Shown piece after piece: positions 1-10,788 of a DNA stretch of 36,995 nt (position 1 is its first letter; each line of letters opens with the position of its first letter). Under the pieces are notes generated by a model that had not been told where the DNA came from, did no database searches, and was given only the letters and a program-made list of their open reading frames with translations. Source of the DNA: Octopus bimaculoides (Eukaryota); NCBI RefSeq assembly GCF_001194135.2, contig NC_068986.1:21746114-21783108 (forward strand). The letters are read 5' to 3'. A program made the position numbers and the translations under genes.

Positions 1-55
1 TTTCAGAACAACAAAAGACGAACACAGGTGTATGAACAACAAGCAAGTGTATTAG

Positions 56-358
56 TTTGATGCTCGTCGCTTACGACGTTGAGGGTTCCAGTTGATCCTG
101 TCAACGGAACAGCCTGCTCGTGAAATTAACGTGCAAGTGGCTGAGCACTCCAGAGACACATGTACCCTTAACGTAGTTGTCGGGGATATTCAGCGTGACA
201 CAGTGTGACAAGGCTGACCCTTTGAACTACAGGCACAACAGAAACAGGAAGAAAGAGTGAGAGAAAGTTGTGGTGAAAGAGTACTGCAGGGTTCGCCACC
301 ATCCCTTGCCGGAGCCTCGTGGAGCTTTAGGTGTTTTCGCTCAATAAACACTCACAAC
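56..358 (-). mobile_element. tRNA-derived SINE family A, 5'-truncated copy
   Basis: Reverse complement of 4990-5312, high identity over ~300 bp. Confidence 0.85.
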
Positions 359-1183
359 AAGCTCTAATCATTGACAATTCAACAGTCATATTAATCCCTG
401 CACAAACACCACAACAAGAGCTAAATGATGAATAAAAGGACCACTTTTAGTAAGAAGATTATCTCAATGATAGAAATTTATTTGATATTAGTGGTAATAA
501 ATTGAGATTCAGATATTTCTTTACAAATTTTGCAGATCCACATTTGCCTTACTGTCAATAATTTTAAGTAAACAATTTGGCAAGTTGATAGTCTGTGTTA
601 TGTGATGTATTACATAAGTGTTGCAATTTGTGATGTTATTGTTACCAACAAGTTCCAGAATCTGAAGAATCCATTGTGAGTTAGCTTTGGCAAGAAGAAT
701 GCAAAAGGAATAAAAACGAATGAATTTGTATTTACCATGAGGAAAAGAAGGAAAAGAATCCATAGGTTATTATGCAAAGAGCCATACTAATAATGGCTGA
801 AGGAAATTAATTACAGGTAATGTAATTCACTGATGAGGTCTAATAAGACCAAACATATCCAGAATTATAACTATATTGTCATTGTAATTCTATCTTTAAA
901 GAAAAGTATTATTCCAATGAGTAAGAGATAAAGCAACAGGTACAGATAAGCTGTAAGCTGTTCATTCAGGGTAGCTCACATTTCTGTCATGATAAAAATA
1001 ACAGCTGGTTTTGGCAGGTTACTTTAGAAGTAACACACTTATCTAGGTATAAGAAAGAAGCTAGAAGAGCAGACATACAAACTACCTTTTCACATTTATT
1101 TCAACGGTTCTCAAACATCATACCACAGCACACTATGGATTTTTAAAAATATAATTTAAGCCTTCAGAAAATCCTTAAGCACA

Positions 1184-1335
1184 AGCATGTGTGGTAAAAA
1201 AGTTTGTTTCCCAACAACATGGTACCAGGTTCAGTCCCATCATGTGGTACTTTGAGCAAGTGTCTTCAACTATAGCCCTGGGCCAACCAAAAACTTGTAT
1301 GTGTATTTGGAGGACAGAAACTGAAATAATTCCAT
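1184..1335 (+). mobile_element. SINE family B, 5' fragment
   Basis: gtgtggtaa...GGTTCAGTCCCA...gcaagtgtcttc as in 20910 and 28161 copies. Confidence 0.7.
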
Positions 1336-1710
1336 GTACACACACACATACATACAAACATATGTTCACATATATGTATGTGTGTGTATTATCATCATCA
1401 TCATCTTTTAACCTCTGTCTTCCATGCTAGCATGGGTATATATATATATATATATATATCATCATCAGTTTTCCATGCTGGCATGAGTTGGATGGCTTAA
1501 TTGAAAACCGGCAAGCTGGGGAGCTGCACCAGGCTCCAATCTGATTTGGCATGGTTTCTACAGCTGGATGCCCTTCCTAATGCCAACCACTCCAAGAGTG
1601 TACTGGATGCTTTTTACACGTCAGCGGAACAGGTGCCAGTTATGGATTTGACTATGATCACTGGACATGACTATGAACCCACTTGGCTTCACAGGTCTTC
1701 TCAAGCTTGG

Positions 1711-1929
1711 TATATTCTTTTCTACTCTAGGCACAACGCCCGTAATTTTGGAGCAGGCGGCCAGCCAATTAGATCAACACCAGTATGCAACTGGTACTTA
1801 ACTTATCGATCCTGAAAGGATGAAAGGCAAAGTCAACCTTGGCGGAATTTGAACTCAGAACATAAAGACAGACAAAATACCGCTAAGCATTTCACCTGTG
1901 CACTAACATTTCTGCCAGCTCGCCGCCTT
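1711..1929 (-). mobile_element. tRNA-derived SINE family D
   Basis: Reverse complement of 20225-20400; B-box GAGTTCAAATTCC. Confidence 0.85.
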
Positions 1930-2067
1930 TCAAGCATGGTATATTGCCAAAGGTCTCAGTTACTTGTCACTGCCTTCATGAGGCCCAAAGTTCGAACCAT
2001 GCCTTTTATTTTATGCGCCACTAGCATGGGTGCCAGTTATGCAACACTGGCATTGGCCATGACTATG

Positions 2068-2108
<41 letters not shown>

Positions 2109-2161
2109 GTACCCATGGACAATGGACATTAAATGATGATGACGATGATGATATATATATG

Positions 2162-2437
2162 CAGTGGTGGACTGGGTCTGAAAATATTGGTTGCCAGGAG
2201 ATTAAGGGGGTTCACTCACAACTACAATGCTAACATTTAATTTTCTTTTTTTTTTATGTTAAAAGTATTCTTTTCAACTGTCTACAAACACAGCCAGGCT
2301 GAAATAATTAATGCATTCTTCCAGGAGTGAATTAAAAAATTCTCAAAATTGAAGGGATGGGCCCCCCTATATGGATTCTAATGGCACAGGGGCCCAATTG
2401 CCATCGGGCAGCTGGCAACCTGGGCAGTCCACCACTG
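2162..2437. mobile_element. hAT-type MITE (276 bp)
   Basis: Perfect 13-bp TIR CAGTGGTGGACTG (2162-2174 / 2425-2437); 8-bp TSD TATATATG at 2154-2161 and 2438-2445. Confidence 0.85.
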
Positions 2438-2890
2438 TATATATGTGTGTGTGTCTTTATATTTACATTTGTCTTCCTCCCCCATCATTTGACAAGCGGT
2501 GTTGGTTTGTTTATGTTCCCCATAACTTAGTGGCTTAAAAAGGGAAAAGATATAACATAGTATAGTATGGAGTATACACTATGCTTGAAAAGAAAATAAC
2601 AGGATGGCCATATATTGGATGCCTTTGATCATAAGGTTTGCTTAATTGGAGCTAAAAAAAACAACCTATTTCTTTACACTAAACAATAATCACTTGACCT
2701 CCACTTCTATCGTTTCCTCTATTTTTTGTCACACTTAGCACCATCCTTCTTTTCTTTCCAGAACTGACACTCTTTAGAATTTCCTACTTACTTTCCTTTT
2801 TACAGGAGACCACATTTTCACCAGCTTTAGAGGGCCCCCTCCTCTTGTCTACCTTTAAAAACATGTTCCATATGCTGAACAGGTGTTTAA

Positions 2891-3111
2891 CCCTTTAGCA
2901 TTTAAACCGGCCATATCCGGCCAAAAGTATTCTGCTTGCTTTATGTTCAAACTGGCCAAATCTGGTCTCTCACACCAACCCTACAATATCGTTTTAAAAA
3001 TTAACAACTACCTCATCAAAATCTCATAGCTACAAGATAATGCATGATTAGTTCAAAACAATGTGGATGAAAAAGCATTAATTTTGGCAGAATAATGCAA
3101 ACACTAAAGGG
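2891..3111. mobile_element. piggyBac-type MITE (221 bp)
   Basis: TTAA at 2887-2890 and 3112-3115 flanking CCCTTTAG...CTAAAGGG termini. Confidence 0.75.
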
Positions 3112-4328
3112 TTAAAGTGTGAGTAAATTTTTTTAAAATAAGCCAGACAGGGCCATTCTTATGTGATGTACATGACAGTCAGCGATACAAATTATGAAAT
3201 ATTTTTCATAGACATCTGTCAATTTGCTGTGCTTAAGAAGACAAGCCAAGTTAAGTGAAATCACAGTTGTGGCCAGTGCTGGTAACATGTAAAAGGCACC
3301 CAGTACACTCTGTAGAGTGGTTGGCATTAAAATGGCATCCAGCTGTAAAAAATCAAGCCAAAACAGACTGGAGCCTGGTGCAGCTCAACAGTTTACTAGC
3401 TTCAGTCAAAATGTTTAACTCATGCCAGCTTGGAAAATGGACACTAAATGATGATGATGGTATATATCATCACTGTTTAACATCTGTTTTCCATGCTAGC
3501 ATGAGTTGGACAGTTTGACAGGAGCTGGCTAGCCAGGGAGTAGTCCAGACTCCATTTGTATGTTGTGGCATGGTTTCTACGACAGGATGCCCTTCCTAAC
3601 GTCAACCACTTAATAGTGTGCTGGGTGCTTTTTACATGCCACCAGCACAAGTGCATCACTGGCACGAGTACACTTTATGTGGTACTCATACCTGAAAAGA
3701 CAAGCATGTATGTATGGATGACCATGGTTTTACTTAGCCTGACATGTCTTCTTCTCAAGTACGGCAAATTGTCACAACTTCTAATCTCTTGTCATTTCCT
3801 CAGTGAAGCCCAGTGTCCAAAGCTTCTTTCTCACCACTTAGACACACGTTTTCCTGGGTTTACCCTTTCCACAACTGTATATACATTTGTTTCTGTATTT
3901 CCTTGCCTTGATTATGTGATAGTTGTTAAGTGAGTGTCACTGTTATGTAAATGGCAACCTTTGTTTCTAATCTTCCATGGAAACATGTCTGGGTATGCTG
4001 AAATATTACCTTACTTGGAAACAGGAGAGGGTTGGCAACAGGAAGGGCATCCAGTCGTACAAAATCTGTCTGATTCATGTAAGCATGGAAGAGTGGATGT
4101 TTTACATACACACACATACAAGGTTTGGGTGGGGACTGAAAAGTTTATGGCTTTAAGTAAAAGAAAATACAGGAAGATCAGTTAATTATGATTTAATTCA
4201 ACATATTTCCCTTCTCAGATTCACACACTTATTGCTGCAGTCCTTCAGTTTTTCCAAGTCCTGTTTGGGCCTCCAATCAGGACTTTCACGACACCCTGAA
4301 AGCCAGGAACTTTTCAGCCCCACTCCCT

Positions 4329-4371
<43 letters not shown>

Positions 4372-4846
4372 NNNNNNNNNNNNNNNNNNNNNNNNNNNNN
4401 NNNNNNNNNNNNNNNNNNNNNNNNNNNNNNNNNNNNNNNNNNNNNNNNNNNNNNNNNNNNNNNNNNNNNNNNNNNNNNNNNNNNNNNNNNNNNNNNNNNN
4501 NNNNNNNNNNNNNNNNNNNNNNNNNNNNNNNNNNNNNNNNNNNNNNNNNNNNNNNNNNNNNNNNNNNNNNNNNNNNNNNNNNNNNNNNNNNNNNNNNNNN
4601 NNNNNNNNNNNNNNNNNNNNNNNNNNNNNNNNNNNNNNNNNNNNNNNNNNNNNNNNNNNNNNNNNNNNNNNNNNNNNNNNNNNNNNNNNNNNNNNNNNNN
4701 NNNNNNNNNNNNNNNNNNNNNNNNNNNNNNNNNNNNNNNNNNNNNNNNNNNNNNNNNNNNNNNNNNNNNNNNNNNNNNNNNNNNNNNNNNNNNNNNNNNN
4801 NNNNNNNNNNNNNNNNNNNNNNNNNNNNNNNNNNNNNNNNNNNNNN
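4372..4846. other. Assembly gap
   Basis: N run. Confidence 1.
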
Positions 4847-4948
4847 CTATGCTCGCGTTTATTTATATTTAAATGAGAAGAATGGCGATAGCAGTTTTGT
4901 ATCTAATGGCGGTAGGTAGTTTCACTACATATATATCCAATATGATGT

Positions 4949-5312
4949 GGAGGCGCAATGGCCCAGTGGTTAGGGCAGCGGACTCGCGGTCATAGGATCG
5001 GGCGTTGTGAGTGTTTATTGAGCGAAAACACCTAAAAGCTCCATGAGGCTCCGGCAGGGGATGATGGCGAACCCTGCTGTACTCTTTCACCACAACTTTC
5101 TCTCGCTCTTACTTCCTGTTTCTGTTGTGCCTGTAATTCAAAAGGGTCAGTCTTTTTCACACTGTGTCACGCTGAATATCCCCGAGCACTACGTTAAGGG
5201 TACACGTGTCTCTGGAGTGCTCAGCCACTTGCACGTTAATTTCACGAGCAGGCTGTTCCGTTGATCGGATCAACTGGAACCCTCGATGTCGTAAGCGTCG
5301 GAGTGCCAACAA
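4949..5312 (+). mobile_element. tRNA-derived SINE family A
   Basis: Head GGAGGCGCAATGGCCCAGTGGTTAG (A-box-like); B-box segment deleted relative to 11439 copy; body shared with 56-358. Confidence 0.85.
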
Positions 5313-5595
5313 TTGCATGGTAATATTTTCAACCAAGACGACACAACTGTATATTATTGAACAAGTGGTTCAATTCTGTGTATGTACATATATTTACTCA
5401 ATTGCTGGCATTTTTCAATGTTTTCTCCCATCTCCCATAGTTTTGATGTGCCATTGTCTATCATCAATAGTTCCGTCAGAATTTTTGAAGATACAAGTAT
5501 GCTAGTGAGAATATATTTCACATAGCTGGTAATAATGATAATGGTTACTGGAAACAAGGATAGCGGTAGAGACGGACTATATGTAATCTGAACCT

Positions 5596-5933
5596 TTCCC
5601 CCCCTTATTTAATTTTTTTACGGAATCCCACGTTTTAGGCTATGGAGATTCCGATTCTGAAAAAAAATTGTTTGAAAAATTTCAATCCCCCCCCCACCAA
5701 GCAGGCTATTTACATGCTAGAAATAACAGCCAAATCCCACAAAACTAGTGTTAGGGTTAGGGTTAGGGTTTGAGTTAGGGTTAGGTTTACCCTGTGGATC
5801 TATATAAAACCCGGGGGGGGGGGGAATCGAAATTTTGAAATTGAGATTTTTGAAAAAATTATTTCAGAATCGGAATCTTCATAGCCTAAAACGTGGGATT
5901 CCGTAAAAAAAAAAAAATAAAATAAGGGGGGAA
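5596..5933. mobile_element. Fold-back/MITE with ~100-bp TIRs and internal TTAGGG repeats
   Basis: 5596-5695 is the imperfect reverse complement of 5813-5933; ttagggttagggttagggtttgagttagggttagg at 5751-5785. No TSD identified. Confidence 0.75.
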
Positions 5934-6866
5934 TAACCATCACCACAACAAATAACAAAACAGACGCGTACACTAGGAAACATTTAAGGTGTAGTTAAAA
6001 AACAAACAAAAAAAGACTAGAATGGTGACGTGACACTAAAGATTTTTCGACCAAGAAATATCATGGTTGGTCCATTGCAGGGATTTAAAGAACAAAAAAA
6101 AATTGTCATTTAAATTTTTAACTCCTAACCCCTCCCAAGAACCAAGCAGGGCCGTCTGTCCCTGTGCGTGTGTGTACCAAAAAATATATTTACTAACAAA
6201 TTATCCTTCAGATACCCTTTTAAATAACTGGGTAGATCCCAGCAATGGCCTTCTCGGGTTCTCCAGTAGTTTTAAATTAATCAATCCTATGTATTGATTA
6301 ATTAATCAATTCTATTGATTAATTAATCAATACATGTTCTTTGTATTAACAAATATATTTTTTGTTATATCAACTCTCAGCGGGCACAGATTTAAATAGT
6401 CTCAATTAGTCGCAGGCACAGATTTATGGGTTGAAATTAACAAAATGTGTGTTTTATTTCAAAAAGCAAAAAATAAAGGTGTTTCAAATTAGGCAAAAAA
6501 TGCAATCAAAAAATAAAGAAAAAAAAAGAAAATATATTTTTTTTTACTGAAACTACTGAAGTTGTTTTTATAGAACAGTATAAAGAACAAAAATGGATCT
6601 TTACCCTTTGAAGGAAAAAAACTAACCTCTTCCTGTCCTACGAGGTGTGGGATTCTCTATCAATAGTTCCCCCATACTTTCCTCCTCTTCGGAAAACATT
6701 TTTATCCACGATCCCGCATCAAAATGAATATTTGCAGATTCTGGAACCAGTCAGAGTTTCCATGAAAGTTAAAATTAACACTTTGTTCTTGGATTCGAGT
6801 TAGAAATCTCATGCGAGATTACTACAATTGATTCAGTTACCTTGTGTGTAGTTGTGTCGATCTAGA

Positions 6867-6868
<2 letters not shown>

Positions 6869-6901
<33 letters not shown>
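6869..6901. repeat. Poly-T (33 nt)
   Basis: Visible directly. Confidence 0.95.
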
Positions 6902-7196
6902 CAGTTCGAAACACTGGGGACGTTAAGAAAACCAGATCGCTGACGAATTAAATGTTTATCATCATTCACGTCCCCGCACCTCACTGTTGATATTAGATGA
7001 TTCGAGAAAAGAAACATCTCGGACTTGTAATTATTGGCCATAAACCCATTAATGTTTTGGGTAACCTATATAACTTAGCACCACCTGGTGAAGTCTTTGC
7101 TTCAAAGAGATTTTAAGGGGACAAAAAAAATTTGCTCAACTTCACTATAACCGTCTTTTGTTTTAATTTAATTTATTTATTTACTTATTGATTATA

Positions 7197-7306
7197 AAGG
7201 TGGCGAGCTGGCAGAATCATTAACACCCCGGATAAATATGCGTCCCGAGTTCAAATTCCCTCGAGGTTGACTTTGCCCTTCGTTATTTCCGAAGCGATAA
7301 AATAAG
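7197..7306 (+). mobile_element. SINE family D 5' part, interrupted by nested MITEs
   Basis: ggtggcgagctggcagaa...gagttcaaattccc; degenerate tail resumes after 8980. Confidence 0.75.
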
Positions 7307-7315
7307 GGCAATCCA

Positions 7316-7606
7316 GGTACTACTAAAGCAGCGCGGACCCGAACGCGCAGTCGCGCGTCCGCGCTAGCTAGTCTTGAGTGGTCGATCCTAACCCTAACCT
7401 TATCCCTAACTCTAACCCTAACCCTAGCCCTGTCCCTAACCCTAACCCTATCTCTAACCCTAACCCTATCTCTAACCCTAACCCTATCCTTAACCCGCGT
7501 GTGCAAATGAATACGTGTTTAGGGTTAGGGTTAGGATCGACCACTCACGACTAGCTAGCGCGGACGCGCGACTGCGCGTTCGGGTCCGCGCTGCTTTAGT
7601 AGTACC
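7316..7606. mobile_element. Inner MITE (291 bp), 84-bp TIR 5'-GGTACTAC, 9-bp TSD, telomeric repeats inside
   Basis: TIRs 7316-7399 / 7523-7606 differ at one base; TSD GGCAATCCA at 7307-7315 and 8663-8671 (right end re-read at 8546-8662 after the gap). Confidence 0.85.
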
Positions 7607-7609
7607 GGC

Positions 7610-8545
7610 NNNNNNNNNNNNNNNNNNNNNNNNNNNNNNNNNNNNNNNNNNNNNNNNNNNNNNNNNNNNNNNNNNNNNNNNNNNNNNNNNNNNNNNNNNN
7701 NNNNNNNNNNNNNNNNNNNNNNNNNNNNNNNNNNNNNNNNNNNNNNNNNNNNNNNNNNNNNNNNNNNNNNNNNNNNNNNNNNNNNNNNNNNNNNNNNNNN
7801 NNNNNNNNNNNNNNNNNNNNNNNNNNNNNNNNNNNNNNNNNNNNNNNNNNNNNNNNNNNNNNNNNNNNNNNNNNNNNNNNNNNNNNNNNNNNNNNNNNNN
7901 NNNNNNNNNNNNNNNNNNNNNNNNNNNNNNNNNNNNNNNNNNNNNNNNNNNNNNNNNNNNNNNNNNNNNNNNNNNNNNNNNNNNNNNNNNNNNNNNNNNN
8001 NNNNNNNNNNNNNNNNNNNNNNNNNNNNNNNNNNNNNNNNNNNNNNNNNNNNNNNNNNNNNNNNNNNNNNNNNNNNNNNNNNNNNNNNNNNNNNNNNNNN
8101 NNNNNNNNNNNNNNNNNNNNNNNNNNNNNNNNNNNNNNNNNNNNNNNNNNNNNNNNNNNNNNNNNNNNNNNNNNNNNNNNNNNNNNNNNNNNNNNNNNNN
8201 NNNNNNNNNNNNNNNNNNNNNNNNNNNNNNNNNNNNNNNNNNNNNNNNNNNNNNNNNNNNNNNNNNNNNNNNNNNNNNNNNNNNNNNNNNNNNNNNNNNN
8301 NNNNNNNNNNNNNNNNNNNNNNNNNNNNNNNNNNNNNNNNNNNNNNNNNNNNNNNNNNNNNNNNNNNNNNNNNNNNNNNNNNNNNNNNNNNNNNNNNNNN
8401 NNNNNNNNNNNNNNNNNNNNNNNNNNNNNNNNNNNNNNNNNNNNNNNNNNNNNNNNNNNNNNNNNNNNNNNNNNNNNNNNNNNNNNNNNNNNNNNNNNNN
8501 NNNNNNNNNNNNNNNNNNNNNNNNNNNNNNNNNNNNNNNNNNNNN
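7610..8545. other. Assembly gap (probably overestimated or negative)
   Basis: N run; flanks 7490-7609 and 8546-8665 are identical. Confidence 1.
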
Positions 8546-9821
8546 TTAACCCGCGTGTGCAAATGAATACGTGTTTAGGGTTAGGGTTAGGATCGACCAC
8601 TCACGACTAGCTAGCGCGGACGCGCGACTGCGCGTTCGGGTCCGCGCTGCTTTAGTAGTACCGGCAATCCATCGTCTTTGGTCTCCGAGGACTAAAGTAT
8701 TTGGTCGGCAAGTTCCATATAATTTTTTTATTTCTTTAATGTTTATTGTTTGCAGCTGAACAGTGAAAAACACGATCGCTCACACACACACACACACACA
8801 CACACGCACGCACGCATTCATTTGTCTTTCATGTGCAAATGAAAAACAATGAATGTGTATGTTGTTTCACTGCGATCGGGTTTTTCATTGTTCAGCTGCA
8901 AACTAAAAGTTTTATATCGAACTTGCCCAACAAATACTTTTAGTTCTCGGAGACCAAAGACGATTGATTGCCAAAATAAGTTCTAATCACGCACAATCTC
9001 TCAAAATTACAGGCCTTATGCCTATAATAGGATTATGCTTTCGGGGTCGATAAAATAAGTACCAGTTGAACACTGAGGTCGATGTAATCGGGAGTGGTTT
9101 TATAACGATGTAAAACATGAAACTGTATTGTTTCCTGTAAATTCATCGGGGTACCTTCGATTTGAGTATCATAAATGCCAAATGTAGACCACGTGAATTC
9201 ATTTTTGTTTATTTGTGGGTGTTTTTTCTAAAGTAAATTTAAAGTTAGTTCAGATCATCATACATAAGCGAATAATATAGGTTACATTAACTACGAAAAT
9301 AAGAAAATCTGTTTTATTCCATTATTTTTCCAACCTTCAAAGATACAGAATTTCCATAAACATAACAAATGTTTAAAACTGCATGGAAATGTTAGGTAAA
9401 TAATATACAGTGAAAATCAACAACACTCAAGCATTCTATATGATATAAATATAATTATTAATGAGATTTTTTACTTACCGAAAAGCTGGTACGCATCGAG
9501 GGAGATATGTTAAATAAATCCTCTGAATAAATCATCCAAATGAACTGTGAATGAGATTTAGGATGGAACAGCCTCCAGCTATATTCAACCCGTTTTCTTT
9601 CTTTTTCCTCCAAGCTTAAGTATCTTGGACTACATTATCCAACATGCTCTTCCTTCTTTAAGTCAGAACAATGTTAGTTGATGGATATTTGGCTGTTATT
9701 TCTAGCCAGTCCACCTACTACAAAAATGCTTTCTGCTGGCTCCATAAGAATGAGAACGTGCTAATGAATGTACGTCGATATATATATATCTGTGTGTGAT
9801 ACTGTAGTGACTAAATAAATA

Positions 9822-10198
9822 TAGTGTCCCAAAATGAATGATCTATTTCAGTGAAATTGGACAATCTTTTTAAAAACTCATTTTTATTCATGCTTATCAT
9901 GTGTTAAAAGTGTATACATTTTTTATTTTGTCTATAATTTTATTATCTTTATTTTCATTGGATCCCGCTTATCAGCAGCATACGACAGATTTTTTTTTTG
10001 TTTTTTCCAATTTGGCTGCAATCATTTTCTCTCCCTTCATCCAGTGGATGAAACAACAGTTCAGCAGAACTTAAAAAGTACATTTTGTCTGCAGTGCCGG
10101 AGATAACTCCTGGAATGTTTCAAAATGTGTTTCGCAAAGCTAAGGATAGATTTGAAATTTGCAGGGATGCAGACGGAGCACATGTTGGAAACTTTGAT
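9822..10198 (+). mobile_element. Tc1/mariner deletion remnant with transposase C-terminus
   Basis: TA-TAGTGTCCCAAAA terminus at 9820; 10055-10198 translates NSSAELKKYILSAVPEITPGMFQNVFRKAKDRFEICRDADGAHVGNFD, resembling the ELK..I..A...I....L..V...C....G.H tail of Tc1/mariner transposases. Right TIR not seen. Confidence 0.65.
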
Positions 10199-10788
10199 CG
10201 AGTTTTTTTCATTCGCAACCGAAATTTTCTGTCAGCGGGGACAGAAGGTAAGGTGAGAGAGATGACTCAGGGGGATGATGTGCAAGATCTTAGCATTAAG
10301 GGGAGGGAGATATGAGGGTAGATAGGGGGACGTAAGATTTATAAATCTATTTTTTTTTATATCATAGTTAAGTAATAATAAACAAATAATAAAAACTAAC
10401 AGAATTATATTGTCAGTTTTTGTTTTTGTTTTTTTTTTTTCAATTTGCTGATGTCATTAAAGTAGATAGTCAATTCTGGGATACCCTGTACTCACACATA
10501 CGCGAACGCACAAAAACAACAACAGGCTAGTGACGTAGGAGTTACGTCATCAGGGGCAGCTCTTAAAATTCCTGCTCGTCCCTGCCCCTATACAGTCTTA
10601 TACGGCAGACGCAAAAGTACCGCCTCTATAAAATCACTGTCCCCATCGCTCTCCGCCTCCCTCCACCAGCTATGCTACTGGATTAAACAATTTCAGGGAT
10701 TATAACTGGACCACTGGATTAAACAGTTTCGGAGCTTATCTGTTATGAGCAGTTTTAAGGGTTTTTTTTAAAGAAGTATAAAAATTTT

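Larger units (their letters stand above)
7307..8972. mobile_element. Outer MITE (~310 bp when reconstructed), TIR 5'-GGCAATC, 8-bp TSD
   Basis: TSD AAAATAAG at 7299-7306 and 8973-8980; left TIR (7307-7315 + 8672-8779) complements 8872-8972; central (CA)n. Confidence 0.8.

Noticed and set aside
4232-4919. Long ORFs spanning N runs (also 7515-8600, 25535-26119, 34877-35945)
   Set aside because: Open only because N codons contain no stops.
7192-7506. RVRD-repeat ORF
   Set aside because: Translation of the TTAGGG-variant array in a MITE.
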